DNA of 61,568 nt, filler included, from Bipalium vagum (Eukaryota): assembly GCA_037834085.1 (NCBI GenBank). It is 3 parts of 3 records of this genome, joined end to end, with 100 filler letters (N's around TTAATTAATTAA, not from the genome) between each part and the next. Parts side by side here need not be neighbours in the genome. Positions count along the whole stretch, not along the records: positions 36,263 to 61,568 come from JBBMKC010195608.1; 2 more parts are not named here. One strand, given 5' to 3'. A model generated the notes under the pieces. The model was not told where the DNA came from. It worked only from the letters and a program-made list of their open reading frames with translations, and searched no databases. How positions within the stretch are numbered: position 1 is the stretch's first letter; each line of letters opens with the position of its first letter. The translations under genes and the position numbers were made by a program. Shown one piece after another: positions 38,463 to 51,930 of this stretch.

Positions 38463-39189
38463 TATTAACAGAGTAAAATTTAGAAATTTCTCTAATAATG
38501 ACATTGGCTACTTCTTAGATAATCTATTTAAATTTCCGTGAAACCACAAATAATGAAGACCTTGAACAATCTGGATAGCAAAGTTTTGATTTTCACTAGT
38601 TTTTATTTGAAAATAATACATTGGTAGGAAATTGGAACTTTTGAAAAATATATGATGAAAAAGATGAGAACGATTGAGAGTCAGGATTTCTTTAAATCTA
38701 AAATTTATGAATTGTCAAAGTTTTAGCAGAAGTACCTTGAGAGTAACAGCACTTTTAAAAACTGAAGATTTCATTTATTTTCTCACTTAATCTTGAAAGC
38801 TAAAGTTCATATAAACAGTAACATTTCATATGAAAAAAAAACCATGATAATATTCAATTATATAAAAAGGTGACCGCAATTATTGTTGTAAAAATTAATT
38901 TATAAATATTTGCCTGGATTCAAGAGTTATACGTGGTTGTTTCAATAATTAGCGGTCCTATTGAAGAAAATCAATTGCATGGAATATTATATTTAACTAA
39001 ATTTTCAGTTGTTTCCTGATTATACAGAAAAAACTTGTTTTAATGTGATAATGTTAATTTTAATTATTCGATGATTTTAATAAAGTAGGATGAAATTAGT
39101 GACGTATCGAACACTGATCAAATACTTGGATTCTGAAGAATAAGTTGTAAAAAATATTTAAAAAATTACAATTAGGTTTTAGAATACAC

Positions 39190-39190
<1 letters not shown>

Positions 39191-39243
<53 letters not shown>
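39191..39243. repeat. (AAT)n microsatellite
   Basis: Seen directly in the sequence. Confidence 0.97.
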
Positions 39244-39246
<3 letters not shown>

Positions 39247-41536
39247 TACAAAATCTTTTAGTGGGTATTTGTAAAGTATTTTGAAGATGAAAAACATTTA
39301 TTGATGTTTTATATTTATTTTAAAATTAAAACAAGAATATTCATAAAATTTGTCTGGATAATTAATATATTTTTTAATTTACTGAAAGCAAGTGACCTTT
39401 GAAAAGAGGACTAAAATCACATTTTATTATTTTTCATTGAGAAAAGTGAGAAAAATTGAATAATGCTGTCATTCAATTTTAATGTGAAAGGCATTAACAA
39501 AAGGTTTCAGCAGGATAAAAGGGTGTATTTGTAAAAGTGTATTAATTATATGAGAACTGTCAGACATCGTAAAAACTTGAGTGACACCATGGGAAATTTA
39601 AGTGATTGATTATTATAAGACTTATTCTACATATGTACATTATTTATTTAAATATAAAATAAAATTTTATTTAATACACGAAAAATATAATATAAAATAT
39701 AATTTCAAAGGAAATTATTATTATTTATTATTATTAGCACAAGAATAAAATCTTTCAATTTTTAATGATATTAAAACTACAAGTATTCAGGTGAAAAATT
39801 GATTTAATTTTAGTTTCTTATAAATCACTTTTTCAAATTATCCATGATCTTCCAAATTTGACAAATCAATTTTTTATTGATAAATTGAAATAATTTTTTC
39901 TTAAGTTGTATCTGTACTTTCTGCGCTCCCTCTTGACAGGTAAAACACTCATTTCTATCAAGTAAACATAAAAGAATATTTTATGAAAGAAGGACTGAAA
40001 AAAAAGTTAAAAAATTAAAAAAAGCAAACACAAAATTATTGTTAATTATCTACAAAGCATTATTAAACAATTATTTATTATTATTAATTATAATATTAAT
40101 AATACTTATTATTATCATAATTCTTACAATACAATAATATTGCTTATATAACATTTTTGAAAGTAAAAATATATTTTAATAATTATGAAAATCAATAACT
40201 TTCCTTTTAGAATTATTTTTTTAATAATTTATAAATTAAAGAGATAAAAAATATATTTACAATTATATTTGAGAACAGTCACCATTGAATTAACATGTCC
40301 AATGTCTCATGCAAAACTATTAATTATTAATGAATATTATTGGTCTTAAATATGTTCATGTTATTGTTATCACAAAATTACCAAATCAAATTCAGGTGAC
40401 ATAAAATAGGTATTTGAGAAAATTTAAAATTGTACAATAACAAGTGTGACGAAGTTACTCAAATTCTATTTAGAAAATGACTTTTTCAAAAGGTCCTCCA
40501 ATAAAATCAATTGGAAATTACTTTTATCGAAGTGTGCAACCATACATAGGTTTATTTGTCTATCAATTTTTCCTTAATTTCGGCATCAGTAAGTCAATTA
40601 ATTTGTGACCTTAGTTACGGACTTTGCAACAAGAATTTCACAGCTGACATGATTTAAATCTCCTGAGTACATTGGACATTTTTGTGACGTGATAAATACT
40701 TGAAAACTAAATTCTCAAAAATCTTGTTGGTTTTGTATTGAAAACTAACATCCATGGTTCCTGAAATAATTGCCTATAGCTTACATAAATTATGCAGCTT
40801 CAAGATAAAGACAATAGTTTCCCGAATCCTTTGCTTAAGTAACTATTTTCATGAAATTACTGACGAAAAATCTCAAACCATGCCTTACGCAGGTTTCTTT
40901 GTGAGTGTTAGGATACTTACATTTTTGTTAAGAATGGAATCTATTACTTTGGATGACGCAATACTCAATGAAAACATTTTTCATCTAAAAACACAGAATT
41001 GTGCATAACGTTCTTGACATAAGTGACAGGTTATCTTAATTTTTTCCGAGAGTATGAATTTTGGTTCAACATTTACAAAAAGATGAGCTATGTAGTGCCA
41101 AAAATTGAAACTACTTTATTCATCTATCGTAAGGAATTGTAGTTCCAAGACTATTTTCCGGTTTTTTAGAGTAGTGGTGACTTGAGATCTTTTATTTCTT
41201 AACGTCTTCTAATTTTTTGAAAAGTTTCGTACTTTGGCATTTATAGAAAGACACCAATCTCCTTGTTAGTACTACAAACGCTCAGATGGTCGACAGAATT
41301 AAAGTAGTTTTAGAGATACTTCCCAGGACATTAGCATGCTCTAGGTTCTGGGGTCGGATTGAGACTGTGATAGACTCCAATGGGGGTTATTTTGAGTAAA
41401 ACCATTTGACAATAGTGAAATTTACTTTTGTATTGCATCTCTTTTGTAGTTACAAAGCAATTTCTCTTTTCTTGATAAGACTGTCAAATTTATCCCTAAC
41501 ACCTTGTAGTTTACTTATAAAAGCCAATCTAAATAG

Positions 41537-41540
<4 letters not shown>

Positions 41541-41603
<63 letters not shown>
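41541..41603. repeat. (ATT)n microsatellite
   Basis: Seen directly; explains the poly-Ile ORF. Confidence 0.97.
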
Positions 41604-42339
41604 TGTAAATAAAGTAAATGTATAGGTTGATATTATTATTCACTCAAAACCCGTTAAATTATAATTAATTAATTAAATTATAATTATAATCAATTCTTAA
41701 TGAGGGTATTTTTGTTTAAATAGTTTAACGGACTTTTAAAGGACTCTCCAAGATTAAAATGACCAAATCTTACTTTAAATTTTCTATTTAATATTATCCC
41801 CCTATTAGAAAGGAAAACCCGGGATCAAAACTTGCGTCGTTTAAAACACATGAAATTAATATGAAAATATGTCAGTTATGACAGCTCTCTGTCTGATATG
41901 ATTAAGAAACGTCTTAGGAAAAATTCAAAATTAAAAAAAGAATATAATATTATTTATTATCAGTCAAATGTTGCAAACTGCTAAGGAAACCAAAAAATTA
42001 CGCAATTATTTAAAATTAATTATCTTAAAATATAAAGAATTTTTTCTCTACGTGAACTTTTAATTGAAAACGAAAAAAAATTGTTCAGGCTCTGGATTTA
42101 ATTTTCCTATTTTCATTATTTTAATATTTTTACAATTGATAATACGCCAATAATATCTTTGTAAAACATAGCGCACTATTACATTTATTATGATGAATTG
42201 TTAGGATTAAAATGAGTGTACATGGAACAAGAAATGCATCCTGTTAGAAAAGCATCTGGAATTTCTTATTTAAGTCCATAGAATTAATTGAATGCTGTCA
42301 ATTTTATTGGTGTTGTGAAATCTTGAATTTCTCCGGAGT

Positions 42340-42805
42340 CACACCAGTCAATAAGGATTATTAACTGCCTGTTATGAAGCGTTTTCGCGAAAGTATACAT
42401 AGTAAGAGGAAAGATTCATGTTAAAGAAATACATGAATTTTGCACCATAATAATACTCAAACTCACAATATGGTGATTTTGGACAAAAACAAAACAAATA
42501 TCACTCACAAGCTCCAAACAGTTCTTAGGTGACTCTATGTGTCTTCTTTCTCTTTCGAAAATGAAATTAACAATAAAAGGAAAATGTTTCCGTTCTATTG
42601 ACGATATGAAGGGAAATTTGCTTCAGGGTCTCAAAGCGATTGAAGAAAACATTGATAAATGTTAAATGGATAATCTGGTTAAGCATTAGCATAATTGTCT
42701 CGCTGCAGATGGAACCCATTTTGAAGATGATAAAACAAATTTGGATACTTTGTCAAATTCTTTTATTTTATTAAAAAAGTTCGGTTACTGTTCTAACAGT
42801 GCATT
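42340..42805 (+). mobile_element. Mariner 3' remnant
   Basis: FFLFRKMKLTIKGKCFRSIDDMK and CLAADGTHFEDD C-terminus; TIR-like aagttcggttactgttctaacag. Confidence 0.7.
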
Positions 42806-43006
42806 TATTATAGTATCTATTTTTATAACAATCATTATTTTTTAAAGCAAATTAAAAACAAACTTAATTAATGTGCCACAAATTATTTTTAAAAAAATGT
42901 AAATGAGATATTTATGAAATTATTTTAATTTTAAAATTATATTTAACTTTTTTAAAAAAATAGGCAACAATATCGAATTTTAATTGTATAAATCATAATC
43001 TTTTTA

Positions 43007-43929
43007 TTAAAGTGGTCCAGAAGTCTTTTCGTATTTTATATCAAAAATTAAAAACAAAATAGGACAAGAACAAATATTTATTAAGCCTCAAAATAAAGAT
43101 CATTTGAATCAATCTATAGGCAAATTGTTGGATCCCGCGTTGATATCAGTCTTTGTTTTCGGAGCTGAAAAAGTTTGGGTACCCTTTATCTACTTCAACC
43201 AAATTATTGAAACAGCGCCCTCGTACAAAATGTGCCATAGATCTGAAAAGATGATAGTCCGATGGCGCAAGATCTGGACTGTAAGCTGCATGTGGTAAAA
43301 GTTCAAAGACATCCAATTCCTTTATTTTCATGGCAGTATCCGGCATGGCGTTATCGTGCTGTAGTAGTATTTTCTTTCGATTGACCAATTCTGGATATTT
43401 TCCTTTAACTTTGAGTACATCCTATCCAATTGAGAGCAGTATAGGTCTGCATCTATTTACTTTATCCATTGAATGAAGATGTCTAAGAACTGATGTCTTT
43501 TGAATACGAGTTCTTCAGATAATCTTCGAATGCTGGTAGATGGATTAGCTTCAACTGCGGTGCGTATACATCAGAAATCCATAGTTATTGACCTGCCTTT
43601 ATCTTGAAGGTGTTCCTGGCCTTGAAATATTTTTTGAACCAGTTTTGGACCATACAAATTGAAACAAAGTTCTTACCCTCCACCTCAAATATCTTTTTGG
43701 CCGCTTTTGTTGCATTGACACTCTTTTTCAATAATGTCTTAACAGTACTCTAAACAAATAAAAGTATTATATTTACAAAAATTTTATAAATATTAATTTA
43801 CCGTCTGATAAAGGAAGTTTTTATCTTCAAAATGATATATAACTGTATAGATTTAAATATTTATATCAATTACAAAATTAATTTGAAATAGTAAAACAAA
43901 AATACAAAAAGACTTATGAACCACTCCAA
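43007..43929 (-). mobile_element. Internally deleted mariner with both TIRs
   Basis: ta-ttaaagtggtccagaagtcttttcgtatttt / aaaatacaaaaagacttatgaaccactccaa-ta; LLQHDNAMP...LLPHAAYSPDLAPSDYHLFRSM. Confidence 0.92.
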
Positions 43930-44404
43930 TAAATCAATATTTAAATGATTAAATTTCATAAATAAATAAAAAAAAGAATTGAAAATTCCATGGTTATATA
44001 ATAAAATTTGATTGAAATTTCAGATTTATGATAAAAAAGAAAAAATAGATTACCCGGTATTCACATATAATCAACTCTCACTTTAAATCAGCTATTCTTA
44101 ACTGCCAGTTTATCTTTAGTTATTGAAAAAAGTATAAAAATATAAGATTTCATTAAGTAATTTAAAATATAAAGATATATGCATAACTTAAAAAACACAA
44201 TCGTGATAGTTTTAAGATTTTTTCTGTTTTACAGTGTTTAAAATAAAACTTTAAACTGAAACAGTGAACCATCAATATAATCAAGTTCTTTATAAGTAGT
44301 AATTAGAAATTAAAATTCTTATTAAATATATTTTACCTAATATTTACTGAATAATTATACATGGTTAAAGGTACATTTAAAAGAATCCATTGAAAAAAGT
44401 AAAT

Positions 44405-45500
44405 ATGCAGTATTCCTCTTCCATACCACCACTTCTAATCGCAAAATTTTTAGGTTTAAAAATGATAATAGAAATCTCCTAGCTACTAGTTCTGTTAACC
44501 GCCACGTTAAAAAAGTTCTTAATTTATTTTTATTTTTGACATGATAACTTTATTTTAATAATAATTTCTTTGAAAACTTTTCATTCGACCTTATTTATTG
44601 TAAACAAAAGTGTGCAAGGTTAACTGCATTTGAAAAATTGAAATAAAAGGATGACCAATAAAATTTTTAATAAATGGTTATTGGATTGGGATTTCGAATT
44701 GATTAAATTGCAAAAAGTATTCCGTTGATTATGCATAATGTACAGCTCATAGAATACAAGTAAACTTGAAATTTATTGATATGGTGTTTTTACCATCAAA
44801 GTCAACAAGCTCATTACAGCCACTTGACCAATGTATTATTAAATGTTTTAAAACATTTAAATAAATGACATAATTGAAAAAATAGAATTCTACATTTGAA
44901 CCTTAAAAATAATTAACTTTCAAGGACAAAATTATTTTTTTAATACTTGCTTGAAATGAAATAACAAATTCAAGAATTTTAAATTGTTCCAGTCATACTA
45001 AGTGGACCAATAATGTAGGTGGTGAATTTATAAAAGAAATTGTTGATAATTTTAACGAATTTGTTTCTAAAGCACAGATACCTGATCCTGTTATTGAATA
45101 TGAATAAAGTAAAATTAGATTTTACTGAAGATGATGTAATTTTAGAAGACGAATTCCTGAAAGTAAAAATCTGAACGAAAATACTGCAGTTCTAGAAGTT
45201 TGTAAAACCAATGACAAGTTAGATGATAATGAAAAAGAATCATTAAATAATGATGATCCTAACTTTTTAAGTGTTTCTAGAAAGGAATGTTATTCTGCTA
45301 TTCAGTTAATAAAAGTAATACTTCGACCACCCAGAAATGTTTGATTTTAAAGCTATTGAAGGACTGAATCAGGTCTCAAAAGCCTTGAAAAAGAATAAAA
45401 AAAATGCATACTTGACAATTGGGTAATAAAGAAATAAAAATTTTATTCGTTTTGTCTTCTTCAACATTTTTCTTTTTAAAAACACCTCTTAACCGCCAAA
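44405..45500 (+). mobile_element. pogo/Tigger DDE remnant
   Basis: VFLPSKSTSSLQPLDQCIIKCFK (pogo DDE_1 motif), an acidic C-terminal tract, and a cagtattcctct terminal motif. Confidence 0.8.
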
Positions 45501-46079
45501 TTTTTTAAATTTACTTTTTTTTAATATTTTATAATATAATATTTTTTTAATGTTATAGTTCTACAAAAAATTTCTTTTTCAAAAAAAGTAATAAATAATA
45601 TTTTTATTTAAATATAATAATAAATTATTATTTAGAAAACAAAATAATATTTAAAAAAGTCAACGATTGGTTTAAAATATTGATAAAGAGGAATATGATA
45701 TTTTAATTTTTCTTCTAAAAAGGGAATTATTTAGCTTCGAGAGACAAATGGTTAGTTGACCGACTCAAAGTCTATTATTTTTCAATGGGTCGGAGATTTT
45801 TGATAAATGCAAACAAATGTATTCCATGAAAAGAGAAGTAGAAGTACAGCCGTGATATAAAAAAAGCAAAATTTGAAAAAATTATTGTCACTGTCTCAAA
45901 AGTTATTGAAAATAATCAATTGTAAAAACTATTTTGTGGGACATACCATTTGTTCAACAAAGAAATCATTCCGAAAATCTAAATTTAAAAAAATGGAATG
46001 TAGGCAAATGTATAGGAAATATGTTGAGTGAAAAGTCTTTAATCTAGAAAAGAAAGCACATCAAATACATTTATTAATA

Positions 46080-46430
46080 AAAACGTAATATACTTAACCC
46101 AATGGTTGTCCACTAATTCAAATCAACGTCAAAAGTGCACTTGCGGAAGTGTCATCTCCTACAGATACTATAGCTTCATCATTTGATGCAAAGGAATTCT
46201 AAAATTGATTAGCTTAAGGTTTTGTAAGAGAAAAAAGTCAATGACAGACTAATTTGGGAATTACGTCGATTTTTAATAGATCTATAATTTATTTGTCCAG
46301 GTTTTTGTCATTTTTAATGTATTTTTGTGAACTGGTGTGTTGTCTTGATGAAAAAAGGTTTTTACCTGTTAATCTTTGCTGAGTAAGCAAATAAAAAAAT
46401 TTTCACTCTTAAAGTGAAAAACATTTTCAT
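46080..46430 (-). mobile_element. Mariner 3' remnant
   Basis: Minus strand FHQDNTPVHK. Confidence 0.6.
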
Positions 46431-47078
46431 GAATTTAAACAGATAATCAATTTATAGATTTATCTGAAAACAATTTTATTTAACATTATTTTTTCAGATA
46501 ATAATACTATTAATATAAAATGCTGAATTCTTATGCAATACATCCCGGGTATTCAAGTTATTAGTTTAAAAACAAATGATTGTTTATTCTTTCTAAAGAT
46601 AATGAATTCCTACATATAATGTTATACATTAGTCTACATTCCACATTTCTAATGAGAATTTTAGGAATGGGTTTTTTGAAATGAGAAATGTTAAATATAT
46701 TAGGTTGGAATTTATTAGCTTTTGAGATTTAAGATACGTTCCTTAGCCATATTTTATCCAAAATGGGATAAACTATGATTACAGTTGTGATGAATTTAAC
46801 AAAGTTAAAATCATCCAAGTGTTGAGGAACTTTATTTAATTCCCAACATGAAAACTATGAACACATTACAAAACCCATAAAACAATGTCAGAACAATATA
46901 AAAGAAGTGAATTGAAAATGATGTTTGAATTGATTTTTTTGACAATAAATAAATCATAAAGATAATAGCATTACAATTTATAAAGTTTTTACTATTGTTA
47001 AATATTTCTGTCATTTAGAATGGATCCATAAACCCAGACGACAATTTTATTGAAAATCCATCTAAGGATGATAATTTC

Positions 47079-47433
47079 ATGAAAAGTGCCAATATATTCT
47101 ATTTCATTATAACGCTTTTTGTCATTATAATGGGTATTATTGGAAACAGTCTCAGTTTAGCCGTTTTCAGTACTAAAAAGTTTAGGAGCACTTCTTCATC
47201 TTCATGTTCCATGTGTTTGGCTGCTCTTTCTCTGTCAGATTTATTGGTTATCATATTCCATGTTACCATTGAATGGAGTATTCGTGGCCTATCAGGTTAT
47301 ATTCATTTAGGATTCATAGATATGAAGAGTGCTACCAATGATGGCTTGTGTAGACTATATTTATATGTTGCATATACCTTGAGAATGAATTCAGTGGGCC
47401 TCATTGTCTTGTTTACAGTTGAAAGATATATAG
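47079..47433 (+). CDS. Class A peptide GPCR (FMRFamide/sex-peptide-receptor-like), exon with TM1-TM3; may begin at the acceptor at 47019
   Basis: GIIGNSLS (TM1), LAALSLSD (TM2), C and FTVERYI (TM3); donor G|gttagt after 47433. The frame is open back to ttag|47019 and includes an NGS sequon. Confidence 0.9.
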
Positions 47434-48379
47434 GTTAGTCAAATTTATAAAAAATATTAAAATTTTAAAAATATTTTTATATTATCAAACTATATGTTAC
47501 ACGTACTGCGTTGATAGGAAGTCATTAAAGTTATTAAAAATGTCATATTCTAAAAAGCTCTATAAAAGATCTACGTAATTTCAGAATAATTAAGAAATTA
47601 CCGTGAGAAATATTAGTAAAGTTTAACATAGTGTAATATTTATAGGAAAAATCTCACATTGTTTCATCAAAAAAGAAATCACCAAAATTAATTAAAACTT
47701 TATATTTATCCCGATTTAAAATAATATTTTGTTAAACCTAATGAAACTCTTTAAATATAAAAAATCTTTTAATTTTTGAATCAAAGTCCCAATAAGGAAA
47801 AAATGTCCTTTTTTATTTTTATAATTCAACATTTTAAAGTTACCAGAAATATTTCTTCTCAAATTCTCCCAGATGGTAGAATATTAAGTGGCATTAATAT
47901 ATCAATAAAGTTTAATAAATAAAATATGTATATAATTTGAGAGCATCAATTTTTTTTTAAAGATTAATCAATATTTTTGATATTTATTGATTTCATGAAA
48001 ATTTCCTAAATTTTCGTCATTAATATTTTATAATAACAAAATTAATTGCAAAAATTAATAATGATTATTTACAATTCTTTTAAGTAACATTATTACAATA
48101 TAACCCAATTCAATTTCATTATAATATATCGAAATGGTATCAAAATTAAAAAATATAAATAAAATTGTGAGCAAATTGTAATGAAAAAAAATTAAAATGA
48201 TTTGTTAAAAAAATTGCGTTTAAGAATTAATCATTTTAAAATGAATATAATTTTTATATTATTACTATATTTTGATATTTTCTTTTATGTGTACCTAACA
48301 AAACAATTATAAATTATTAAAAATGGTTTAAAAAGAACTTAGAGAATACCCAAGGAAAAGAATTCCAATGAAGATAATA

Positions 48380-48800
48380 TTTTGCTATTTCTTCAGGCCT
48401 TTGGCATTGATCATATTTGATAAATCGTCGTAAATCATCATCTAACTTCTTCCTTTATCTTGACCTTTCTTTGTCTTCGACGCTAAAGTCATCTGTCTTA
48501 AATCGTCAATACCATTTTTGTCATTTTGGTTCAGACAGAGCACATTCACCATAAGCTTCAGTCATTAATTGCTGATTTCTTTTTATTTTTTCTTAATTAA
48601 TGATTTTGCATTTTCGCTAAAATAAATAAGCTATTATTTAATCAGTTAAAACAAATACTAACTATTAATATCTTATAGATATATTACAATATTACTTTTT
48701 AGTTTTATTTTCAATGAAAAATACACGATATCTATAATAATAATACAAATAATAATAATTAATATATGAAAAACGATGGGAGCTAACTTCCATACACAAT
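48380..48800 (-). mobile_element. Mariner 5' remnant inside the GPCR intron
   Basis: LMTEAYGECALSEPK*QKWY*RFKTDDFSVEDKERS; TIR-like aaacgatgggagctaacttccatacacaata. Confidence 0.8.
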
Positions 48801-49582
48801 ATTTTGGCAAGTAGCCAACGAAAACAATTATTTTGAAATCAAAACTTAATTCGAAAAGTTGAAATATTATGAAATGTAAGGGATCTTATTCAAAGAATTT
48901 TAACTGAATCAAACTTTCTTTAGGAGCTGATTAAAAAACTGAAAGAACTATAATACTAATGTTTCTTTTCCGTAAACGGTATCCACTGGTGACAGATTCA
49001 GATGGTGAATTCTTTATTAAAAATTTCTAGAAATAAAGTTGCTAAGTGTTGCTGATGACTGCAAAAAAGTTATGCCTCAGAGACGAGTAAAAGATCAAAA
49101 TGAGGAAGCCGTAAAATCACAAATGAGAGAGGTAAAGATCATATCGTACGAGATTGTGAACCTAATCAGCTTAGAATTTTAAATAATTCTATAGCTTTGG
49201 AAATTTTATTAATTTCTTTTATAGTGAAACTTTTTTAAGCCATTCAGACATGAATTATTGCTAACTGATGACAAATCTCGGTAATAAGGACATTATGAAA
49301 ACGCACACGCAGATATATGAAGAGATGAACATGTTTATTAAATTTTGATTGATGTGTACTCGGATGGCGATAGAGTTATAAATGTTATAAGACTTAAAAT
49401 ATTATGTCCATTATTCTGTAACTTATGAAATTTTCAAGAAATAAAAATATTATTTTATAAAATATGAAATTCTGTAAGATATTTCAACGATTTGATGAAT
49501 TATCGATTTGTTTATGACTTATTTATTTATTGATTTTTATTTCGTAATTATTTCTTTTTCTGTACAGTGTTTTTTATTCCAG

Positions 49583-50223
49583 TCGTTTGCCATCCTCTTC
49601 AAAGAAATATAATTTGTACAAGACGCAGAATAAGAAATTGCATAATAAACGTTTTCCTGATATCTCTAGCTCTTAGTATTTTCAAGCCGTTTATTAGTGA
49701 TGGGAAAAACAAATGTGGGTCCCCTTTGAAATCCAATTTTGCATTTATTCTGGACACCTTTTATGGAATGCTCTTGACTGCAGCACCATTTGTATCTATT
49801 GTTACAATGAACTCTTTCAGTCTTTATCAATTGGCAAGTCGCTCTCAAAGACTTGTCATCAAATCATCAAGAGGTTGCAAATCAATATCTCGGCAATTCG
49901 GAATTACTATGATGGTTTTATCTAGTAGCTTCGTTCTGTTAAATTTGCCATACTTTATTGCCTGGTGTATGAGATTGTTGGACACTCAACGGAGCCTAAA
50001 TCTGTCTGCTTTTCTTCACATAACAAGAGGCATTTTTCATTTGAATTACTGCATCAATTTCTTCTTGTACAGTCTTACTGGAGCATTTTTCAGATCGGAA
50101 CTGAGGCGATTACTGACCGGTAGACAGTCTGCATTCACAGGTTACGTTTCAAGACATTCGGTTATAAACAATCTGATTCGGGAAAATTTACCATCTGATA
50201 GAAGAGCATTTGAAGCTTTATAA
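49583..50223 (+). CDS. Class A peptide GPCR, terminal exon (TM4-TM7 and C-tail)
   Basis: Acceptor ttattccag|tc joins in phase 1 to give ERYIVVCHPL; also PF..I..MN (TM5), FVLLNLPY (TM6) and NYCINFFLYSLTG..FR (NFxxY TM7 variant). Confidence 0.92.
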
Positions 50224-50555
50224 ATATTGTCCTTTTATTATTTAATTGTCAATTTTTTTAAAATATATTTTTATGTTAATCCTTAATCTTGACTGTCAAT
50301 ACGAATGGAAGTACAAATATTCGTAAATTCCATTTTCCTTTACAATATTTAAAATGTAATTATTTTTTCGAAGAAAGGTTTCGATACTTAAACATATTGG
50401 CCGAATTTTATCTCATGTCATTATATTTGCTTGAAATCCTCCTTAGAACAATGAAATTAAGTATTGTAAACCATACAAAAATTGAATTAATTGATCTACA
50501 AATATAATATAAAATAAAAATATCTTTAAAATATTAATATATACAACATTCTATT

Positions 50556-51040
50556 GTTGGGTTAGCCAAGGATACATCCCTGTTAACTCTTGTAAAAATT
50601 ATATGTTAGAGACTGCAAAAGGGTCTAGAATAGTTATGATTATTTTAAATCAATTATTAATACTGCAAAAGGGTCAGAGGTAAAATAATAATAATATTAA
50701 TAATACTAAAAATAATAATTAAAAATAAAATAATTAAATAAAAAGTACAAATCAAATTAAAACAAAAAAGGCAATTTATTATTTTCTAAAAAGGATCTGA
50801 TCTTGACAATGGCGAACCTAAATTGCCAAGATTAGATCAGGGTCCGCAAGAAGGGACCGATTTAGAATTAAAGAGCTAAAAAGGGAATTAAAATTGAATT
50901 ACACTGATAAAACTGGTCTACGATTGATTGATCGTCTGGCCAGAATAGTATATAAGGAGATGGAATCCGCAGTGGATTGCGAAAAAATTCTCTGAGAAAA
51001 ACTTTCGTCAGAAGACTACAAAATCTTACAGCTAGAAATA
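50556..51040 (+). other. LTR-like / promoter-like segment with direct repeats, dyads and a TATA box
   Basis: ACTGCAAAAGGGTC at 50612 and 50662; inverted repeats at 50794-50838, 50841-50858, 50913-50943 and 50964-50978; TATATAAG at 50949. Confidence 0.4.
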
Positions 51041-51399
51041 TAATAATTATTTTTTAAAAATATATTGAAAAAATACCTTTAGGCTTCCTGTGGTATATTG
51101 TTCAAGCTATCATACTTACGCCTGAACATAAATACAATGAACATCTGTGGCTAATAATGTATCTTATTTGGGTTCAGAAGAGAATATCTTGGAAATGGGC
51201 CACTGTGACACAAAAAACTCATCAGTTTAAATTTATTTACTTTAAATTTATTACGAAAAATCTGAATTTTTTTCATTTTCTGTCTCTGACATTTCCAAAA
51301 ATTTTCCACAGAACTACATCTTTTTTCCACAAAGAGTCAAATTAGCTGGTTTTGTTGAGAGTACTTTTTCAAAATACTAAATTATTAAAGTAATATTTC

Positions 51400-51930
51400 C
51401 AAATAATGAAAGTACAACCGCAACTTTAGAGGCACACAAAAAACAGTGACTGTTTTGGGCTAAAGATAAAATGGAAAAAAAAACCTGAGAAATCTAATCT
51501 AGGCAGGCCAGATAGGGTTGCGCATTATTGGCATGATTTTGGAAATGAAGAGTTAGTTTGATTGAAGAGGCATCCAGGAGGAGATTTTTATTAATAATCA
51601 TGGAATATTAGAGACATTCAACTGATCCTTCCTCTCCTGAATAAATATAGTGGTGATAATTACATTTTCTAGCAAGATAACTGCTGATATCTTGCAGCCA
51701 AATAGATTTTTCACGGGCTCCAAGAAAGAAACATTGAACATGTACTCTAGCCTCCATACTCAATAATCATTAATGCGATAGAAAAATTTTTGAGATTGCT
51801 TGTCCGTAAAGTTTATGAAGGTGGAAAATAATTCCAGTCCAATAAAGAGCTGAAATCTAATATCATCCTGGTAAATTCTATGAGACAGAATTCTTAAGCT
51901 ATTAATAATCAAGGATATTATAAATTCACT
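51400..51930 (+). mobile_element. Tc3-like transposase remnant
   Basis: PDRVAHYWHDFGNE (resembles DGPDG..YYWHDLR), F*QDN, and *PPYS...NAIEKF..LVRKVYEGG. Confidence 0.75.

Noticed and set aside
41406-41612. Poly-Ile ORF (and the poly-Tyr ORF at 53523-53837)
   Set aside because: Translations of (ATT)n/(AAT)n microsatellites.
49567-49582. GTG-initiated stand-alone 218-aa ORF
   Set aside because: It is the GPCR's terminal exon; the first bases belong to the intron's polypyrimidine tract and acceptor.
50904-50948. Hammerhead ribozyme (CTGATAA...stem...GAATA)
   Set aside because: The core deviates from CUGANGA/GAAA, and no stems I/III or NUH cleavage site were found.
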